DNA of 64,000 nucleotides from an uncultured Planctomycetota bacterium (GTDB lineage: Bacteria > Planctomycetota > Planctomycetia > Gemmatales > Gemmataceae). The translations under genes were made by a program, and so were the position numbers. Location of the stretch: contig CAWKHF010000007.1 in NCBI GenBank assembly GCA_963849325.1, positions 480,001-544,000 on the forward strand. The letters run 5' to 3'. The notes under the pieces are model-generated. The model was not told where the DNA came from. It made no database searches and saw only the letters and a list, made by a program, of their open reading frames with translations. Positions 33,887 to 45,946 of the stretch are shown in pieces (the first letter of the stretch is position 1; each line of letters opens with the position of its first letter).

Positions 33887-33902
33887 AGCACGTTCAATGC
33901 CA
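33887..33902 (-). promoter_or_regulatory. sigma54 (-24/-12) promoter for the nitrate cluster
   Basis: Minus strand reads TGGCATTGAACGTGCT, i.e. GG-N10-GC. Confidence 0.6.
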
Positions 33903-34002
33903 TAACCGTGCGTGCGGGGAGAATGTTCCCTAAATCTCCCGTGGACAAGAAGATAAGCGAGAAGGATTCCGGAAGGCGAAGGGACCGGGACTGCGGCGCG
34001 CG

Positions 34003-34032
34003 TGCTTGCTTGCTATGCACGATCTGTTAGCA
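34003..34032. promoter_or_regulatory. Two overlapping TGC-N11-GCA sites, possible NtrC-type enhancer
   Basis: 34003-34019 and 34016-34032, about 100 bp upstream of the sigma54 motif. Confidence 0.35.
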
Positions 34033-34331
34033 AGCTGAGCAGATACCCTCCCGACCAGCCGCGAGCGAACGCTTGCGACGGATGTTTTTCGCCTTGCGGA
34101 TGGGGTGGACATTTCCGCGATATAACTCAATCCGATCCTTTCTCCGGTCGATAACGGACCTGGCGGGCTTACGGAATAATCGCGCGGACCCGCACCGTTT
34201 CGCCAGTCGGCACAGACGGCGAATCGAGAGCGGTCTTCGCATCCACCCCCTCTTCGCGCGTCGCCGGAAGCCTCCCGGAGAGGAGGCCGTTTGGACTGCG
34301 CGCCGCAGGCTCCCTAATGTAAGGAGACACA

Positions 34332-35075
34332 ATGGCCGATCTCGCCTCCACGAATCCCTATCAATACGAGGACTTGCTGGTCCGCTCGAACGATCTGTAC
34401 GCCAACACCAAGTATCAGATCCTGCATCGTCATTTGAAAGGTAAGAAGGGCTTGCACATCCTCAACGCCGGCTGCGGCTCGGGCGAGCTGTCGCTCCAGC
34501 TGGCGGCGGCCGGCCATCGCGTGCTGGGCATCGATCCCGCGCCGGACTACATCGACCTGGCCCGCCGCAACGCCGAACGAATCGGCGTGGCGAATTGCTC
34601 GTTCCTCGTCTCCGCCATCGAGGATTTCCACGCCGACGAGGCGTTCGACTGCGTCGTGGCCACCAACGTCCTCGAACACATCGAGGACGACTCCACGGCG
34701 TTCGAGAAGCTGGTGCAGCTGGTCAAGCCGGACGGCCTGATTCTGATTACGGTCCCCGCCGGGCAGTGGCTCTTCGGCTACCACGACGTGGAGCTGGGGC
34801 ACTACCGCCGTTATTCGCGCAGCCGCCTGCGCCGCCTGGTGTCCGGCTGGTGCCGCGTCGAGGCACTCCGCTACTTCGGCTTCAGCCTGATTCCGGTTTG
34901 CTACCTCTACAGCAAGGTCCTGCGCAAACCCTACCCCGTCGGCGAATCGGGAGACAGCAAAAAGAACCCGGTCGTGGCGTTGACCTTGAAGTCGATGCTG
35001 GGCCTGGATCGCCTGCTGCCGATGCCGTTTGGCACCAGCCTGATCCTGAAAGCGACGCCCCGGCGAGCGGCCTGA
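34332..35075 (+). CDS. Class I SAM-dependent methyltransferase
   Basis: LNAGCGSG, VLEHIEDD, LITVPA…GHYRRY; AAGGAG ribosome-binding site. Confidence 0.85.
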   Translation: MADLASTNPYQYEDLLVRSNDLYANTKYQILHRHLKGKKGLHILNAGCGSGELSLQLAAAGHRVLGIDPAPDYIDLARRNAERIGVANCSFLVSAIEDFHADEAFDCVVATNVLEHIEDDSTAFEKLVQLVKPDGLILITVPAGQWLFGYHDVELGHYRRYSRSRLRRLVSGWCRVEALRYFGFSLIPVCYLYSKVLRKPYPVGESGDSKKNPVVALTLKSMLGLDRLLPMPFGTSLILKATPRRAA

Positions 35076-35083
35076 GCCGCCGC

Positions 35084-35770
35084 TCACGTTCCGCGTCGAT
35101 TGCCATACAGTTCGATGTGCAAACGCGGACAGTAGCGGAAGCCGTGCTGTTTGCATACCTCGGCCAGCCAGGCGCCGCGGCGGGCCAGTTCCTCGGAGCT
35201 GGTCCCCTGCGGCATCAGCAGCACCTTGGTCGGGTCCACGTCGCGCAGCCCGGCCACGATTTCGTGTACCTCGGCCACGTCTGCGGCCTGGTCGATGACG
35301 AATTTGAGCTGATAGTCCGAGCGCTCCATGAACGCCTGGATGACGTCCCGGCGCAGACGCAGCCGGTCGTGGCGGGCGGCCCAGCGGCCGCCCTCGCGCT
35401 CGTGCGGGATCGAGTTCGTCAGCTTCGGACTGAGGCTGGCCAGGTCGCACGCCACTTCCTTGAAGATCACGCCCGCCGTCTCGATGGTGATGTGATAGCC
35501 GCGCTCGCGCAGGCCGGCGCACAGCTCTTCGATGCCCGCCGCGATGAACGGTTCGCCGCCGGTGACAACGACGTGTCGCGTGGGGAATGAGGCCAGGCGC
35601 GCCAGGATCTCGTCAATGCGGAGCGGCTCTCCCCGCGGCCGCCAGGACGTGTATTCCGAATCGCACCAGACGCAGCGCAGCGGGCAGCCGGTGGTGCGCA
35701 CGAACGCCGACGGCACACCCAGGAGCCGGCCCTCGCCCTGAATCGAAAAGAAAAGGTCCGCGATCTTCAT
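35084..35770 (-). CDS. queE: 7-carboxy-7-deazaguanine synthase (radical SAM)
   Basis: SIQGEG, CPLRCVWCD, VTGGEP, SLSPK, PRLH. Confidence 0.88.
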   Translation of the reverse strand: MKIADLFFSIQGEGRLLGVPSAFVRTTGCPLRCVWCDSEYTSWRPRGEPLRIDEILARLASFPTRHVVVTGGEPFIAAGIEELCAGLRERGYHITIETAGVIFKEVACDLASLSPKLTNSIPHEREGGRWAARHDRLRLRRDVIQAFMERSDYQLKFVIDQAADVAEVHEIVAGLRDVDPTKVLLMPQGTSSEELARRGAWLAEVCKQHGFRYCPRLHIELYGNRRGT

Positions 35771-35867
35771 GCGACATCCGCCTCGGCCGCCCCACCGGGA
35801 CGGCGCTCCTTCATCGTAGAGCATCGCGGAGCGGATGTCTCCGTAGAGGCGAATACGGCCGGGGAAC

Positions 35868-36820
35868 TCACCAGTCGGAAGCGAGCGGGTTGCCGTCGCG
35901 CGGGTCGCAGGCGTTGGCCCAGGTGGCCGGGCTGATGCCCTCGGCGACGAAGCGAACGCTGCCGTCGCCCAGGCCGACGTTCGTGCCGCCGGTGTGGCCG
36001 GACTGGCCGCGTCCGGGATCGCAATTGGTGAACGGCTGCGGCCGTACCTGGAACAACTCGCACGGGGCGTAACCGGGTGAGGCGTTCTTGAGCACGTTGT
36101 TGTGGCACAGCATCGGCCGCCATTTCAACGTCGAGTCGGACCACAGCGAGCCGAAGGCGAACGACGCATCACCCCACAGACCGCACGAGGCGTAGACCTC
36201 GCCGAAGAGGACCGTGTTCGACAGGCCGTCCGGCACCGAACGCGGCAGGGCGGCGGACCCCTGGACGCAGTCGAAATCACTGTTGCCGTTGGGATTGCCG
36301 AAGACGTAGTAGTTGGCGCCGTAGCAGCCGGCGGCGAAGCTGTCGGCGCCCGCATAGGTGGTCGTGCAGTAGCCGTTGGCGACCGACGGGTCCGACGGAC
36401 AGACATACGTCTTGATGACCGTCTGATACTGTCCGCCGCAATAGCCGCCGCTGTAATTGGAGCTGCGCGGGATGTCGCCTTTGACCAACAGGTTGTAGAC
36501 GTTTTGCTGTTCCAAATAGGGCAACAGGAAGGAGAAGCACGTCCAGGCGCCGCCGTTGTAACAGGGGGCCGCCTCCGTCAGGGCCGTCCAGCCGTCCGGG
36601 CGCACAAGGGCGGCAGCACTTGCATCGTGTCGTTGATGTTCTGCGTCGCCAGGCCGATTTGCTGGAGGTTGTTCTGACACTGGACGCGGTTGGCCGCCTC
36701 ACGCACTTTTTGCACCGCCGGCAAGAGCAGGGCGAGCAGCACGGCGAGAATAGCGAGGACCACCAGTAGTTCGATGAGCGTGAATCCACTCCGGTGGCCG
36801 TCTCGGCAAGGCGGGAACAT
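35868..36820 (-). CDS. Prepilin-type DUF1559 protein (frameshift near 36605)
   Basis: [10 protein letters not shown]…[20 protein letters not shown]9-DG motif. Confidence 0.88.
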
Positions 36821-36965
36821 GGATTGCTCCTGGACAACGGATCGGGGCGAATCATGCTCGTTTGCCCGCGCGAGAGAACACGGGTGGGAGCTGGATGCGT
36901 GCCGTGATGGACAATTCACCTCCTCGGCGGTAGGCTGATCCCAGTTTAACACGAGGGCCTCTCGC

Positions 36966-38216
36966 ATGAAAGTCAGCGCATGTGCGGCGTTGTTCCTTCT
37001 GAGTTTTTCCCTGTCGATCGTTGCTCTCGCCGACGAGAAAAAGGACGTTCCCGCGCCTCCCAGGTCGCGGGGGCCGGTGAAGCTAACCGAGGCGGCCCTG
37101 CGCCTCCACCGCGAGGCGCTGGTGATCGACGGTCACAACGACCTGCCCTGGCAGTTCCGCGAGAAGGACGACCTGTCGCTGCGCAAGATCGACCTGCGCC
37201 GGCCGCAGAAGGGGTTGCACACGGACATTCCGCGTCTGCGCCAGGGCGGCGTCGGCGCCCAGTTCTGGTCGGCCTTCGTCCCGGCGGACACGCGCCGCAA
37301 GGGCACGGCCGTCCGTCTGACGCTGGAACAGATCAACGTCATCCACCGCATGGTGGCGGCCTATCCCGACACGTTCGAGATGGCGTACACCGCCGACGAC
37401 ATCGTGCGCATCCGCCACAAGGGCAAGATCGCCTCGCTGATCGGCATCGAGGGCGGCCATTCCATCGACAATTCGCTCGGGGTGCTGCGCATGCTGTACG
37501 CGCTGGGCGCCCGCTACCTGACGCTGACGCATTCCGAGACGCTCGACTGGGCGGACTCGGCCACCGACGAGCCGAGACATCACGGCCTGACCGCCTTCGG
37601 CGAGGAGGTGGTGCGCGAGATGAATCGGCTGGGCATGTTGGTGGACATCTCGCACGTCTCCGCCGACACGATGCGTCACGCCCTGCGCGTGACGCGGGCG
37701 CCGGTGATCGCCTCGCATTCGTCGGCCTACGCCGTGGCCGAGCACCCGCGCAACGTGCCCGACGACGTGCTGGCACTGGTGAAGAAGAACGGCGGCGTGG
37801 TCATGGTCAACTTCTATCCCGGCTTCGTCGTGCCGGAGGCGGCGCGGCTGACCCGCAATATGTTCCAGGTGGCCCGCGAGCTGCGGAAGAAATATCCCGA
37901 CGACCGCGACTATCGCGCGGCGATACGGCAGTGGCACAAGGAACACCCCATTCCCACCGGCAGCGTACACCACGTCGTCGATCACATCGAGCACATCATC
38001 CAGGTGGCCGGTGTCGATCACGTCGGACTCGGCTCCGACTTCGACGGCATCGCGGCGGTGCCCCGGCAGCTCGAAGATGTCTCCTGTTATCCGTACATCA
38101 CGCAGGAATTGCTGAATCGCGGACACAACAAGGAGGATATTTTGAAGATACTCGGCGGCAACCTGCTGCGCGCGCTGCGACAAGCGGAACGAGTGGCGAA
38201 AGAGACAATAAAGTGA
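36966..38216 (+). CDS. Membrane dipeptidase (peptidase M19), secreted
   Basis: Signal peptide; [28 protein letters not shown]. Confidence 0.92.
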   Translation: MKVSACAALFLLSFSLSIVALADEKKDVPAPPRSRGPVKLTEAALRLHREALVIDGHNDLPWQFREKDDLSLRKIDLRRPQKGLHTDIPRLRQGGVGAQFWSAFVPADTRRKGTAVRLTLEQINVIHRMVAAYPDTFEMAYTADDIVRIRHKGKIASLIGIEGGHSIDNSLGVLRMLYALGARYLTLTHSETLDWADSATDEPRHHGLTAFGEEVVREMNRLGMLVDISHVSADTMRHALRVTRAPVIASHSSAYAVAEHPRNVPDDVLALVKKNGGVVMVNFYPGFVVPEAARLTRNMFQVARELRKKYPDDRDYRAAIRQWHKEHPIPTGSVHHVVDHIEHIIQVAGVDHVGLGSDFDGIAAVPRQLEDVSCYPYITQELLNRGHNKEDILKILGGNLLRALRQAERVAKETIK

Positions 38217-38217
38217 A

Positions 38218-38949
38218 TCAGCGGATACGGAGCACCTGGCACGTCTCCTCGTAAGTCTGTTCCAGTTCCAGCGGCACGGCCAGGTTGCTCGCCAGCCACA
38301 GGGGTAGCGTCGGCAGTGGGGCGCCGAGCGCGAGCTGTTCCGGCCAAATCTCCATCCGCCAGGCGTCCTTCTCCTTGGTGGTGCGATAAGCGACGGCGTA
38401 GAGGGACACAACGTCCGGGTCCACCGCCGGCGCAGGCAGTTGCAGCAATTCCATCAACTCGACATGGAGGTTGGCGAGCCGATCCGTCACCACATCGACG
38501 ATGACGACGGACACACGCTGCTGCAAATAGGCGGCGCACTTGATGGCGAAGGCCTGGCGGGTTTCGAGACGGTCTTTATTGCTGGGGCTGACCAACTCGA
38601 CGGCTGCGACGAGTCGGTACCCCTCGTCCTCATCGTAGACGCGCACCTCGAAGACATCCTGCGCCGGAAGATCAATGGCTATCGTCTGTGCCGGTCGAGG
38701 AGGCGCCCAGACGGCGGTAGCGACTCCACCGTTGGGGCTGCCTGTGTCAGGGACGGGCGACTCTTCCTCGAAGGTCGCTACATCCACTTCCACGAACGTC
38801 CCGAGGTGGGCGTGGGGAGCTGAACGATAACGGCGGGACAACCAGCGCAAATTTAAACAACGAACGATTGTGTTCGCCCAGGCACTATGAAAGCTTTCCC
38901 AATGGGGCTGGTTTTTCAGCGGTGGATGAAAGTGATCGCGTAGCGGCAT
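38218..38949 (-). CDS. DUF4058 family protein (PD-(D/E)XK-like)
   Basis: MPLRDHFHPP…WESFH; LVAAVELVSPSNK; LPTLPLWL. Confidence 0.75.
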   Translation of the reverse strand: MPLRDHFHPPLKNQPHWESFHSAWANTIVRCLNLRWLSRRYRSAPHAHLGTFVEVDVATFEEESPVPDTGSPNGGVATAVWAPPRPAQTIAIDLPAQDVFEVRVYDEDEGYRLVAAVELVSPSNKDRLETRQAFAIKCAAYLQQRVSVVIVDVVTDRLANLHVELMELLQLPAPAVDPDVVSLYAVAYRTTKEKDAWRMEIWPEQLALGAPLPTLPLWLASNLAVPLELEQTYEETCQVLRIR

Positions 38950-39004
38950 GGACCGATCCTCCGGGATGGTGGTAAATCACGGCCCTCTCTTCATGATACC
39001 AGGA

Positions 39005-40508
39005 TCAGGCCAGCACCTCAGGGATGACGGCGCCTTCGGACAGCAGCGGCAGGGGACGACCGGCGCGGTCGGTCAGAGTGGTTTCCGGATCGATGCCGAG
39101 CAGATGATAGACAGTAGCGAGCACGTCCTTGGGCGAAATCGGCCGTTCGATCACGTCGCCAGCGATCTTGTCGGTCTTGCCTACGACTCGTCCTCGGGCC
39201 ACGCCGCCGCCGGCCAGCAGTCCGCAGTAAGCCCGCGACCAGTGATCGCGTCCGCCGCCCTTGACGTTGCTCAGCTTCGGCGTCCGCCCATGCTCGCTCA
39301 GACACAGCACCAAGGTTTCGTCGAGCAGGCCGCGCACGTCCAGGTCTTCGATCAGCCCGGCCAAAGCGAGGTCGAAGCCCGGCATCAGCTCTTGCTTCAT
39401 GCGCGGGTAGTGGTCCCAGTGCGTGTCCCACGCCGAGCCGGCCAGACCGTACTCGTCCCAGAAGACGCTGACGAAGCGCGAACCCGCCTCGACCAGTCGC
39501 CGCGCCGTCAGGGCGGCCTGGCCGAAGATGGTCAGGCCATACGACTCGCGCAGCCGTCGCGGCTCGCGGCTCAGATCGAGGGCGGCGCGGACCTTCTCGG
39601 AGCCGATCAGGTTGTAGGCCATCTCGCGGTAGCGGTTGAAACTGCGGCCGGCGTCGGTCGTTCGCAGGTCGCGCCGCGCCTGATCGAACTGCTCAACCAG
39701 CGAACGGCGGCCGTCGAGTCGATCCAGCGTGATGTCGCGCGGCAGCTCGGTGGCCGTCGCCAGTTCGAAGCGGCTATCCGGCGTGATGCCCACGTATGGC
39801 TCGGCCACGTCCAGTTTCTGCTCTTGCAGCGTCTTGACGATGTGCCGCGTGGCTTGCCCGTGGAACTCGGTCCAGACCGGGTTGTAGGCGCCGCCGAGGA
39901 AGGCGGCGTAGGGACCAGCGCGAGCAACCTCGCCGACGCGGCGACTGCTGAACGGGAACGGCAAGGCGATGTTCTGGGGCACCGCTGGCGGCTTGCGACC
40001 CGGTTTTTGTCGGCCGACGTAGTCCACCACGGAGCCGAGGAACGGCCAGTGTCGGGGATCGCGCGGATTCAGCTCCATCGGCACATCGATTTGCGGCACA
40101 CCCGTCAAAGCGTAGGCGACGCCGTGCAGCGGATACGGATGGCGGAGCGAGCGCACCACCGTGACGCGGTCCATCACGCGGGCGGCGTTGGGCAGCAACT
40201 CACAAACGTCCAGGCCGGGCAGGCGCGAACGGATCGGCTTCAGCTCCCCGCGAATCTCCACTGGAGCGTCCGGCTTCATGTCGAAGGTTTCGAGCTGACT
40301 GGGCGCGCCATACAGATAGAGCAAGATGCACGACTTGGCCCGGCCGAAGCTTTGGTGCAATCGTTCCGGCGAGGGGGCGGCTTGCGTCCGGCTCAGGCGC
40401 AAGTAGTCCGCGAGACTGATGCCGAGCAAGCCCAGCCCGCCGGCGCAGCATCTCTCGCCGCGTCCAGCCGTTGCACAGGCGTTTGGGCGAGCCGAGAATC
40501 CGAAGCAT
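39005..40508 (-). CDS. DUF1501 family protein (frameshift near 40445)
   Basis: AKSCILLYLYGAPSQLETFDMKP, ARRLVEAG, WDTH, GRTP…GRDHW. Confidence 0.88.
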
Positions 40509-40713
40509 GAACCGAGCCTCCGCCGTTCTCTGTTCGCGGTTACGCTGTCTTGTTCTTCCGATGCTAGGCGAAGCGGCGCTCCACTGCAAGGAACAAAACC
40601 GTGCCGGGAGCCTTCGCGGATGCTTTGACCCTCGCCGCGGCCCTTGCTAGAATCAGTTCATTCCACGGCCGACGGTTGGATGATCGACGGCTTCGGGGAG
40701 GGGGAGGAACACC

Positions 40714-41295
40714 ATGTCGGCGACGTTGACGTCGGTCTCCTATTTCAAGCGCTACAAGATGGAAATGGACCTGCATGGGCTGCCGTCGCCGCAGCTGCCG
40801 GAGGAGTTCCACTTCCTTGGCTGGGGCGCCGATCAGCTCGACGTACATGCCGAATTGCTGTTCGACTGCTTTCACCAGGAGATTGATGCCCGCGTCTTCG
40901 CCAGCCTGGGCGACCGGCAGGGTTCGCTGTGCCTGATGATCGAGATGAGCCGCAAGCGCGGCTTTCTGCCCGAGGCGACCTGGTTGCTGATGGGTCCGTT
41001 CGGCCCGTGCGGCACGGTGCAGGGCATGCGCGAACGCAGCGGGCTGGGGTCGATTCAAAACATCGGCATCGTGCCGGCCTACCGCGGCCGGGGGCTGGGC
41101 GAGGCGCTGCTGCTGCAAGCGCTGCATGGCTTTCGAGGCCTGGGACTCGGCCGCGCCCAGCTGGAAGTGACCGCCCAGAACGATACGGCCATCCGTTTGT
41201 ACCGTCGCCTGGGCTTCCGCCGCTCCAAGACGCTGTACAAGGCCGTGCCCGATCAAGTTCTCAGTTGTCAGTTGCCAGTTGTCAGTTCTCGGTGA
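40714..41295 (+). CDS. GNAT acetyltransferase
   Basis: IGIVPAYRGRGLG, N.TAIRLYRRLGF. Confidence 0.85.
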   Translation: MSATLTSVSYFKRYKMEMDLHGLPSPQLPEEFHFLGWGADQLDVHAELLFDCFHQEIDARVFASLGDRQGSLCLMIEMSRKRGFLPEATWLLMGPFGPCGTVQGMRERSGLGSIQNIGIVPAYRGRGLGEALLLQALHGFRGLGLGRAQLEVTAQNDTAIRLYRRLGFRRSKTLYKAVPDQVLSCQLPVVSSR

Positions 41296-41348
41296 AGAAG
41301 TTCGGAGTTCCGTCTTCACTGACAACTGACAACTGACAACTGACAACT
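41260..41348. repeat. Heptamer palindrome (CAGTTGT / ACAACTG) overlapping the GNAT 3' end
   Basis: Tandem 7-mers followed by inverted tandem 7-mers. Confidence 0.85.
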
Positions 41349-41357
41349 ATTTGTGAG

Positions 41358-42602
41358 GTGCATGTGCAGCCTGAAGTCTACCAGCACACCTTCGCCAATG
41401 GACTGACCTTGCTGGCCGAGCGCATGGAGCACGTGCGTTCGGCCGCCCTCAATTTTCTGGTGCCGGCCGGCTGCGTCTACGACCCGCCCGACCAGCTCGG
41501 CGTCGCCGCCGTGCTCGCCGACCTCATCACGCGCGGCGCCGGGCCGCGCGACAGCCACGAGCTGACGTTGGCCCTGGACAACCTCGGCCTGGATCGCAGC
41601 GAGAGCGTCGGCCTGATGCACACGCGATTCTGGGGCGCCACCGTCGCCCGCAACATCCCCGCCGCGCTCGAAATCTACGCCGACATCCTTCGCCGTCCGC
41701 ACCTGCCCGACGATGAGGTGGACGCCGTGAAGGCCCTCGCCCTGCAGGACCTGCGCGGCCTGGAAGACGAGCCGCGCTCCAAGGTGCTCATCGAGCTGCG
41801 CAAGCACTATTACCCGACGCCGCTGAGCAACGATCATCGCGGTACGGTCGAGGGCATCAATCGTTTGACCGGCGACCTCATCCGCGCTCAGCATCGCCGT
41901 TTGTTTCATCCCGCCGGCACCATCCTGTCGGTGGCCGGCAATATCGCCTGGCAGCCGCTGCTCGACCAGGTGGGCCGTCTGTTCGGCGACTGGACCGGCC
42001 AGTCCGAAACGCCCCTCTCGTGCGGCCCGCAGCCGGACACTCGCGCCCACGTCGCCAAGGAACTGGAACAGACGCAGATCGGCGTCGCCTACGCCAGCGT
42101 TCCCATCGGCGATCCGGAGTATTACGCTGCCCTGGGCGCCGTCAATGTCCTGTCGGGCAACATGAGTTCGCGCCTGTTCACGGAGGTACGCGAGAAAGAG
42201 GGACTGTGCTACTCGGTGTGGGCGACCTATCAGACGCTGAAGGATCGCGCTCGCGTCATCTGCTACGCCGGCTCGCGCAACGAACGCGCCCAGCGTACCC
42301 TCGACGTACTGCTGCGCGAGCTGCGGCGACTGCCCGAGGGCGTCGAAGCCGACGAGGTCGAACGCGTCCAGGCCGGCCTCAAGTCGTCGCTCATCATGCA
42401 GCAGGAATCGACCGCCGGCCGCGCCCTGTCGCTGGCCTCCGACTGGTACTACCTCGGCCGCGTGCGCAGCTTCGACGAGATCCAGGCGGCGATCGATGGA
42501 CTGACGCCTGAGAACATCGGCCAGCACGTGCGCCGCTGTCCGCCGCGCGATTTCACCATCGTCACCCTCGGACCCAAACCCTTAACCGCGAATGAGCATT
42601 AA
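41358..42602 (+). CDS. M16 peptidase family, probably the non-catalytic subunit
   Basis: M16-type motifs (SSRLFTEVREKEGLCYSV) but no HxxEH. Confidence 0.8.
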   Translation: MHVQPEVYQHTFANGLTLLAERMEHVRSAALNFLVPAGCVYDPPDQLGVAAVLADLITRGAGPRDSHELTLALDNLGLDRSESVGLMHTRFWGATVARNIPAALEIYADILRRPHLPDDEVDAVKALALQDLRGLEDEPRSKVLIELRKHYYPTPLSNDHRGTVEGINRLTGDLIRAQHRRLFHPAGTILSVAGNIAWQPLLDQVGRLFGDWTGQSETPLSCGPQPDTRAHVAKELEQTQIGVAYASVPIGDPEYYAALGAVNVLSGNMSSRLFTEVREKEGLCYSVWATYQTLKDRARVICYAGSRNERAQRTLDVLLRELRRLPEGVEADEVERVQAGLKSSLIMQQESTAGRALSLASDWYYLGRVRSFDEIQAAIDGLTPENIGQHVRRCPPRDFTIVTLGPKPLTANEH

Positions 42603-42719
42603 AACCACGAATCACACGAATAACACGAATAAATACAAAAGACAAAACACACCGATAATGGAGGCGTATTCTATTTCTGTCTTTCTTTTATTTGTGTGAT
42701 TCGTGTGATTCGTGGTTTT
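42601..42719. repeat. Palindromic element of ACCACGAATCACACGAA type
   Basis: Inverted tandem units; same family as 47901-47980. Confidence 0.85.
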
Positions 42720-42735
42720 GAAATGGAGCGTTTTC

Positions 42736-43993
42736 ATGCCTTTCCACCGCCACACCCTGGCCAACGGCCTGCAAATCATCGGCGAGACCAGTCCCTCGGC
42801 GCGCTCGGCGGCGCTGGGCTTCTTCGTCCGCACCGGCGCCCGCGATGAGACGCCCTCGGAGTGCGGCGTGACGCACTTCCTCGAACACATGGTCTTCAAG
42901 GGCACGCCGCACCGCACCGCCCTGGACGTCAACCGCGACTTCGACAAGCATCGGCGCCGACTACAACGCCTTCACCAGCGAGGAGAACACCGTCTTTCAC
43001 GCCGCCGTCCTGCCCGAGTATCTGCCGCAGGCCGTGGACATCCTCGCCGACATCCTTCGGCCGAGCCTCCGCCACGACGACTTCGACATGGAGAAGAAGG
43101 TCATCATCGAGGAGATCGGCATGTACGAGGACCAGCCGATGTGGTCCGCCTACGACCACGCCAAGCGCGTCTACTTCGCCGAGCACAAACTGGGCAACAG
43201 CATCCTCGGCACGCCGCAGAGCATCACCGCCCTGACGCGCGACCAGATGCACGCCTACTTCCAGCGCCGCTACGTCGCTCCCAACATCACGGTCGTCGCC
43301 GCGGGGAACTTCGATTGGCCGCGTTTCATCGGCATCGTCGAGAAGCATTGCGGTTCGTGGGAGAAAGGCTCCGTCGGTCGGGACGGCGTGTGTGAGACGC
43401 ACGGCTCGGGGCGGTTCGAGGTGATGACCAAGGAGAAGGTCATGCAGGAACACGTCATCCTGATGACGCCGGGTCCGGCGGCCGACTCGCCGCTGCGGCA
43501 CGCCGCCGACCTGCTGAGCATGGCCGTCGGCGACGACTCGGGCAGCCGGCTGTACTGGGCGCTGGTCGATCCGGGACTGGCCGACTCGGCCGATTGCAGC
43601 TTCCACGAGTACGAGGGCACGGGAGCCTTCTACACCTCGTTCGGCTGCGAGCCGGACCAGGCCGAGGACGATTTGGCCATCGTCCGTGATGTGCTGCATG
43701 GGGTGCAGACCAACGGCATCCGCGAGGAGGAATTGAACCAGGCCCGCAGCAAAGTCCTGTCGCGCGTGGTGCGCGGCAGCGAACGGCCCAAGGGACGCAT
43801 GATGGCCATCGGCATGGGCTGGACCTACCAGCACGAATATCGTTCGGTGGACGACGACCTGCGCGCCTACGAGGCGGTCACGCTGTCGGCCATCCGGGAG
43901 GTGCTGGAACGCTATCCCATCGATCGGTTGACGACGCTGGCGCTGGGACCGCTGGCGAAGCTGTCCGAGCCGACGGCGAACGGATCGAGATGA
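42736..43993 (+). CDS. M16 zinc peptidase, catalytic subunit (frameshift near 42948)
   Basis: [27 protein letters not shown]. Confidence 0.88.
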
Positions 43994-44109
43994 GCGACGC
44001 TGCCGGTCGTCTTTTTTTTCTTCTCGCTTGACAGGGCTGTCGCCGTCGTCATACAACAGATGAGGGCTCTTTCACGCCCCCTGTGCATTGTCTAGCCGAA
44101 AACGAACTG

Positions 44110-44173
44110 GGCGACGGCCGGCGTCAGCCGGCTGGTTGGGGCCGCACCAGCCGGCTGACGCCGGCCGTTCGCC
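44110..44173. repeat. REP-like hairpin
   Basis: CGGCCGGCGTCAGCCGGCTGGT inverted repeat. Confidence 0.85.
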
Positions 44174-44236
44174 ATATCGGCGTACCACGGAGAAGGACTC
44201 TTTCCTTTTTCTTTCTTTTCCTCTTGAGGAGTCATC

Positions 44237-45062
44237 ATGTTCTTCCGGCACATCTCCCGTCGCTGGCGCGGTTTTACCTTGATCGAATTGCTGGTGGTGA
44301 TTGCGATCATCGCCATCCTGATCGGCCTGCTGCTGCCGGCCGTGCAGAAGGTGCGCGAGGCCGCCGCACGCACCCAGAGCGTCAACAACCTCAAGCAGAT
44401 CGGTCTGGCCATGCAGAACCACCACGACACGCTCAGCATGTTGCCCGACCCCGGCAACGGCGATCCCGTCGCCAACGCCAGCGGTATGGCTCAACCCGGC
44501 AGTTGGTGCTATCAAATCCTGCCCTTCATCGAGCAGCAGGCGATCTTCACCAATCGCAGCGTCACCATTCCGGTCAAGGCCTTCCTCGATCCGGGCCGTT
44601 CTCGCCAAGCTACGATCCCCAGCGACACCTCTCACGGAGGCGTCTATACCGGCTGGGCCGTGACGGATTACGCCATTAATACGGTCCCGTTTGGCGGGGG
44701 CACCAACGGCGATCCGCAAAGGCAGGTAACTCTTCCTTCCTTCACGGACGGGACGTCCAACACCATCTTCGTCGGCGAGAAGTCGGTCGATCCCACCATG
44801 TACGTCAGCAATGGCGGCAGCTGGGATGAGCCGGCCTATTGTGGCCAATGGGGAGGCTGTCTCCGTCAGGGGACCGCGGTCTTACGGGATGTCAAGGGGG
44901 TGAGTTACTCGAATAATTGGGGCGCCACCTTACTCCGGAGGCGCTCCCTTCGTCATGTACGACGGCAGCGTTCACATGGTCACCTACGGCTTCGATCCGG
45001 TCTCCTTCGGTTACTACCTGACTTCCAACGCCGGCGACGTTCCGACCTCCACCATCAACTGA
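44237..45062 (+). CDS. Prepilin-type DUF1559 protein (frameshift near 44928)
   Basis: [48 protein letters not shown]. Confidence 0.88.
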
Positions 45063-45075
45063 GGCCGCTGGCGCC

Positions 45076-45117
45076 ATCCTCGTTTCGCCGCGACGCGCTC
45101 CGCGGCGAAACGAGGAT
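45076..45117. repeat. Hairpin (REP-like or terminator)
   Basis: 17-bp inverted repeat just after the DUF1559 stop. Confidence 0.7.
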
Positions 45118-45224
45118 TCGTCGTTTCTCGCCCATCATCTTGCGGGGTCGCGGACGCCCCCATAGAATCAACTCCGTGGACCTCGAACCATCCTCCGAAC
45201 AGCGCCCACTCTCCCGAGACTGCC

Positions 45225-45766
45225 ATGCGCGTCTGGTTCCATAACCTCATCGTGGCCATCCGAACGGTGGCCCAGGGCATGTACGTGACCCTGTGGTATT
45301 TCCTGCAAACGTACCGGCGGAAGACGTTCACGGAACGCTTCGAGTATCCCGAACTGCCGGTGCCGGTCAAGCCGCGCTACCGCGGCTTTCATCGCTTCGA
45401 CCTGAGCACCTGCATCGGCTGCGACAAATGCGCCGCGCCTGTCCGGTCGATTGCATCTACATCGAGAAGATCAAGAACCCGGTCGGCAAGGGTTTCCGGG
45501 TCAACGGCTTCACGATCGACTATACCAAGTGCATGTTCTGCGCCTTGTGTGTCGATCCGTGCCCGGTCGATTGCATCTTCATGGGTTCGACCCACGATCA
45601 GAGCTGCTTCAGCCGAGATGGCTGCATCGTCGATTTCGCCAAGCTGCCGCTGGAGATCGCCTGGGGCCAGGCCACGCTCAATCCGACGGCCGTGTCCGCT
45701 TCCAAGCTTCAGGTCGAGCCGGTCTGGACCAAGCCGCCCGACCCAGCCCCGGCGGCGAAGAAATGA
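45225..45766 (+). CDS. nuoI: NADH-quinone oxidoreductase subunit I (frameshift near 45435)
   Basis: YPE…RYRGFH; CIGCDKC…[14 protein letters not shown]. Confidence 0.85.
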
Positions 45767-45820
45767 CGAGTCAGGGGTCAGGGGTCAGAAAGAAGGGCTG
45801 ACCCCTGACCCCTGACTCCT
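45767..45820. repeat. Heptamer palindrome (GTCAGGG / CCCTGAC)
   Basis: Tandem 7-mers followed by inverted copies. Confidence 0.85.
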
Positions 45821-45946
45821 ACTGGCAAAGCCGGTGCGGTGGATTTACAATGGCGAATACCAGGAGCGAATGTTGCGGATTGGAAGCCTCATCCTTCTCA
45901 CTCAGGCGGGTAAACAGTCCCGCCACTCCCCGGAGGAGGGACAGAG

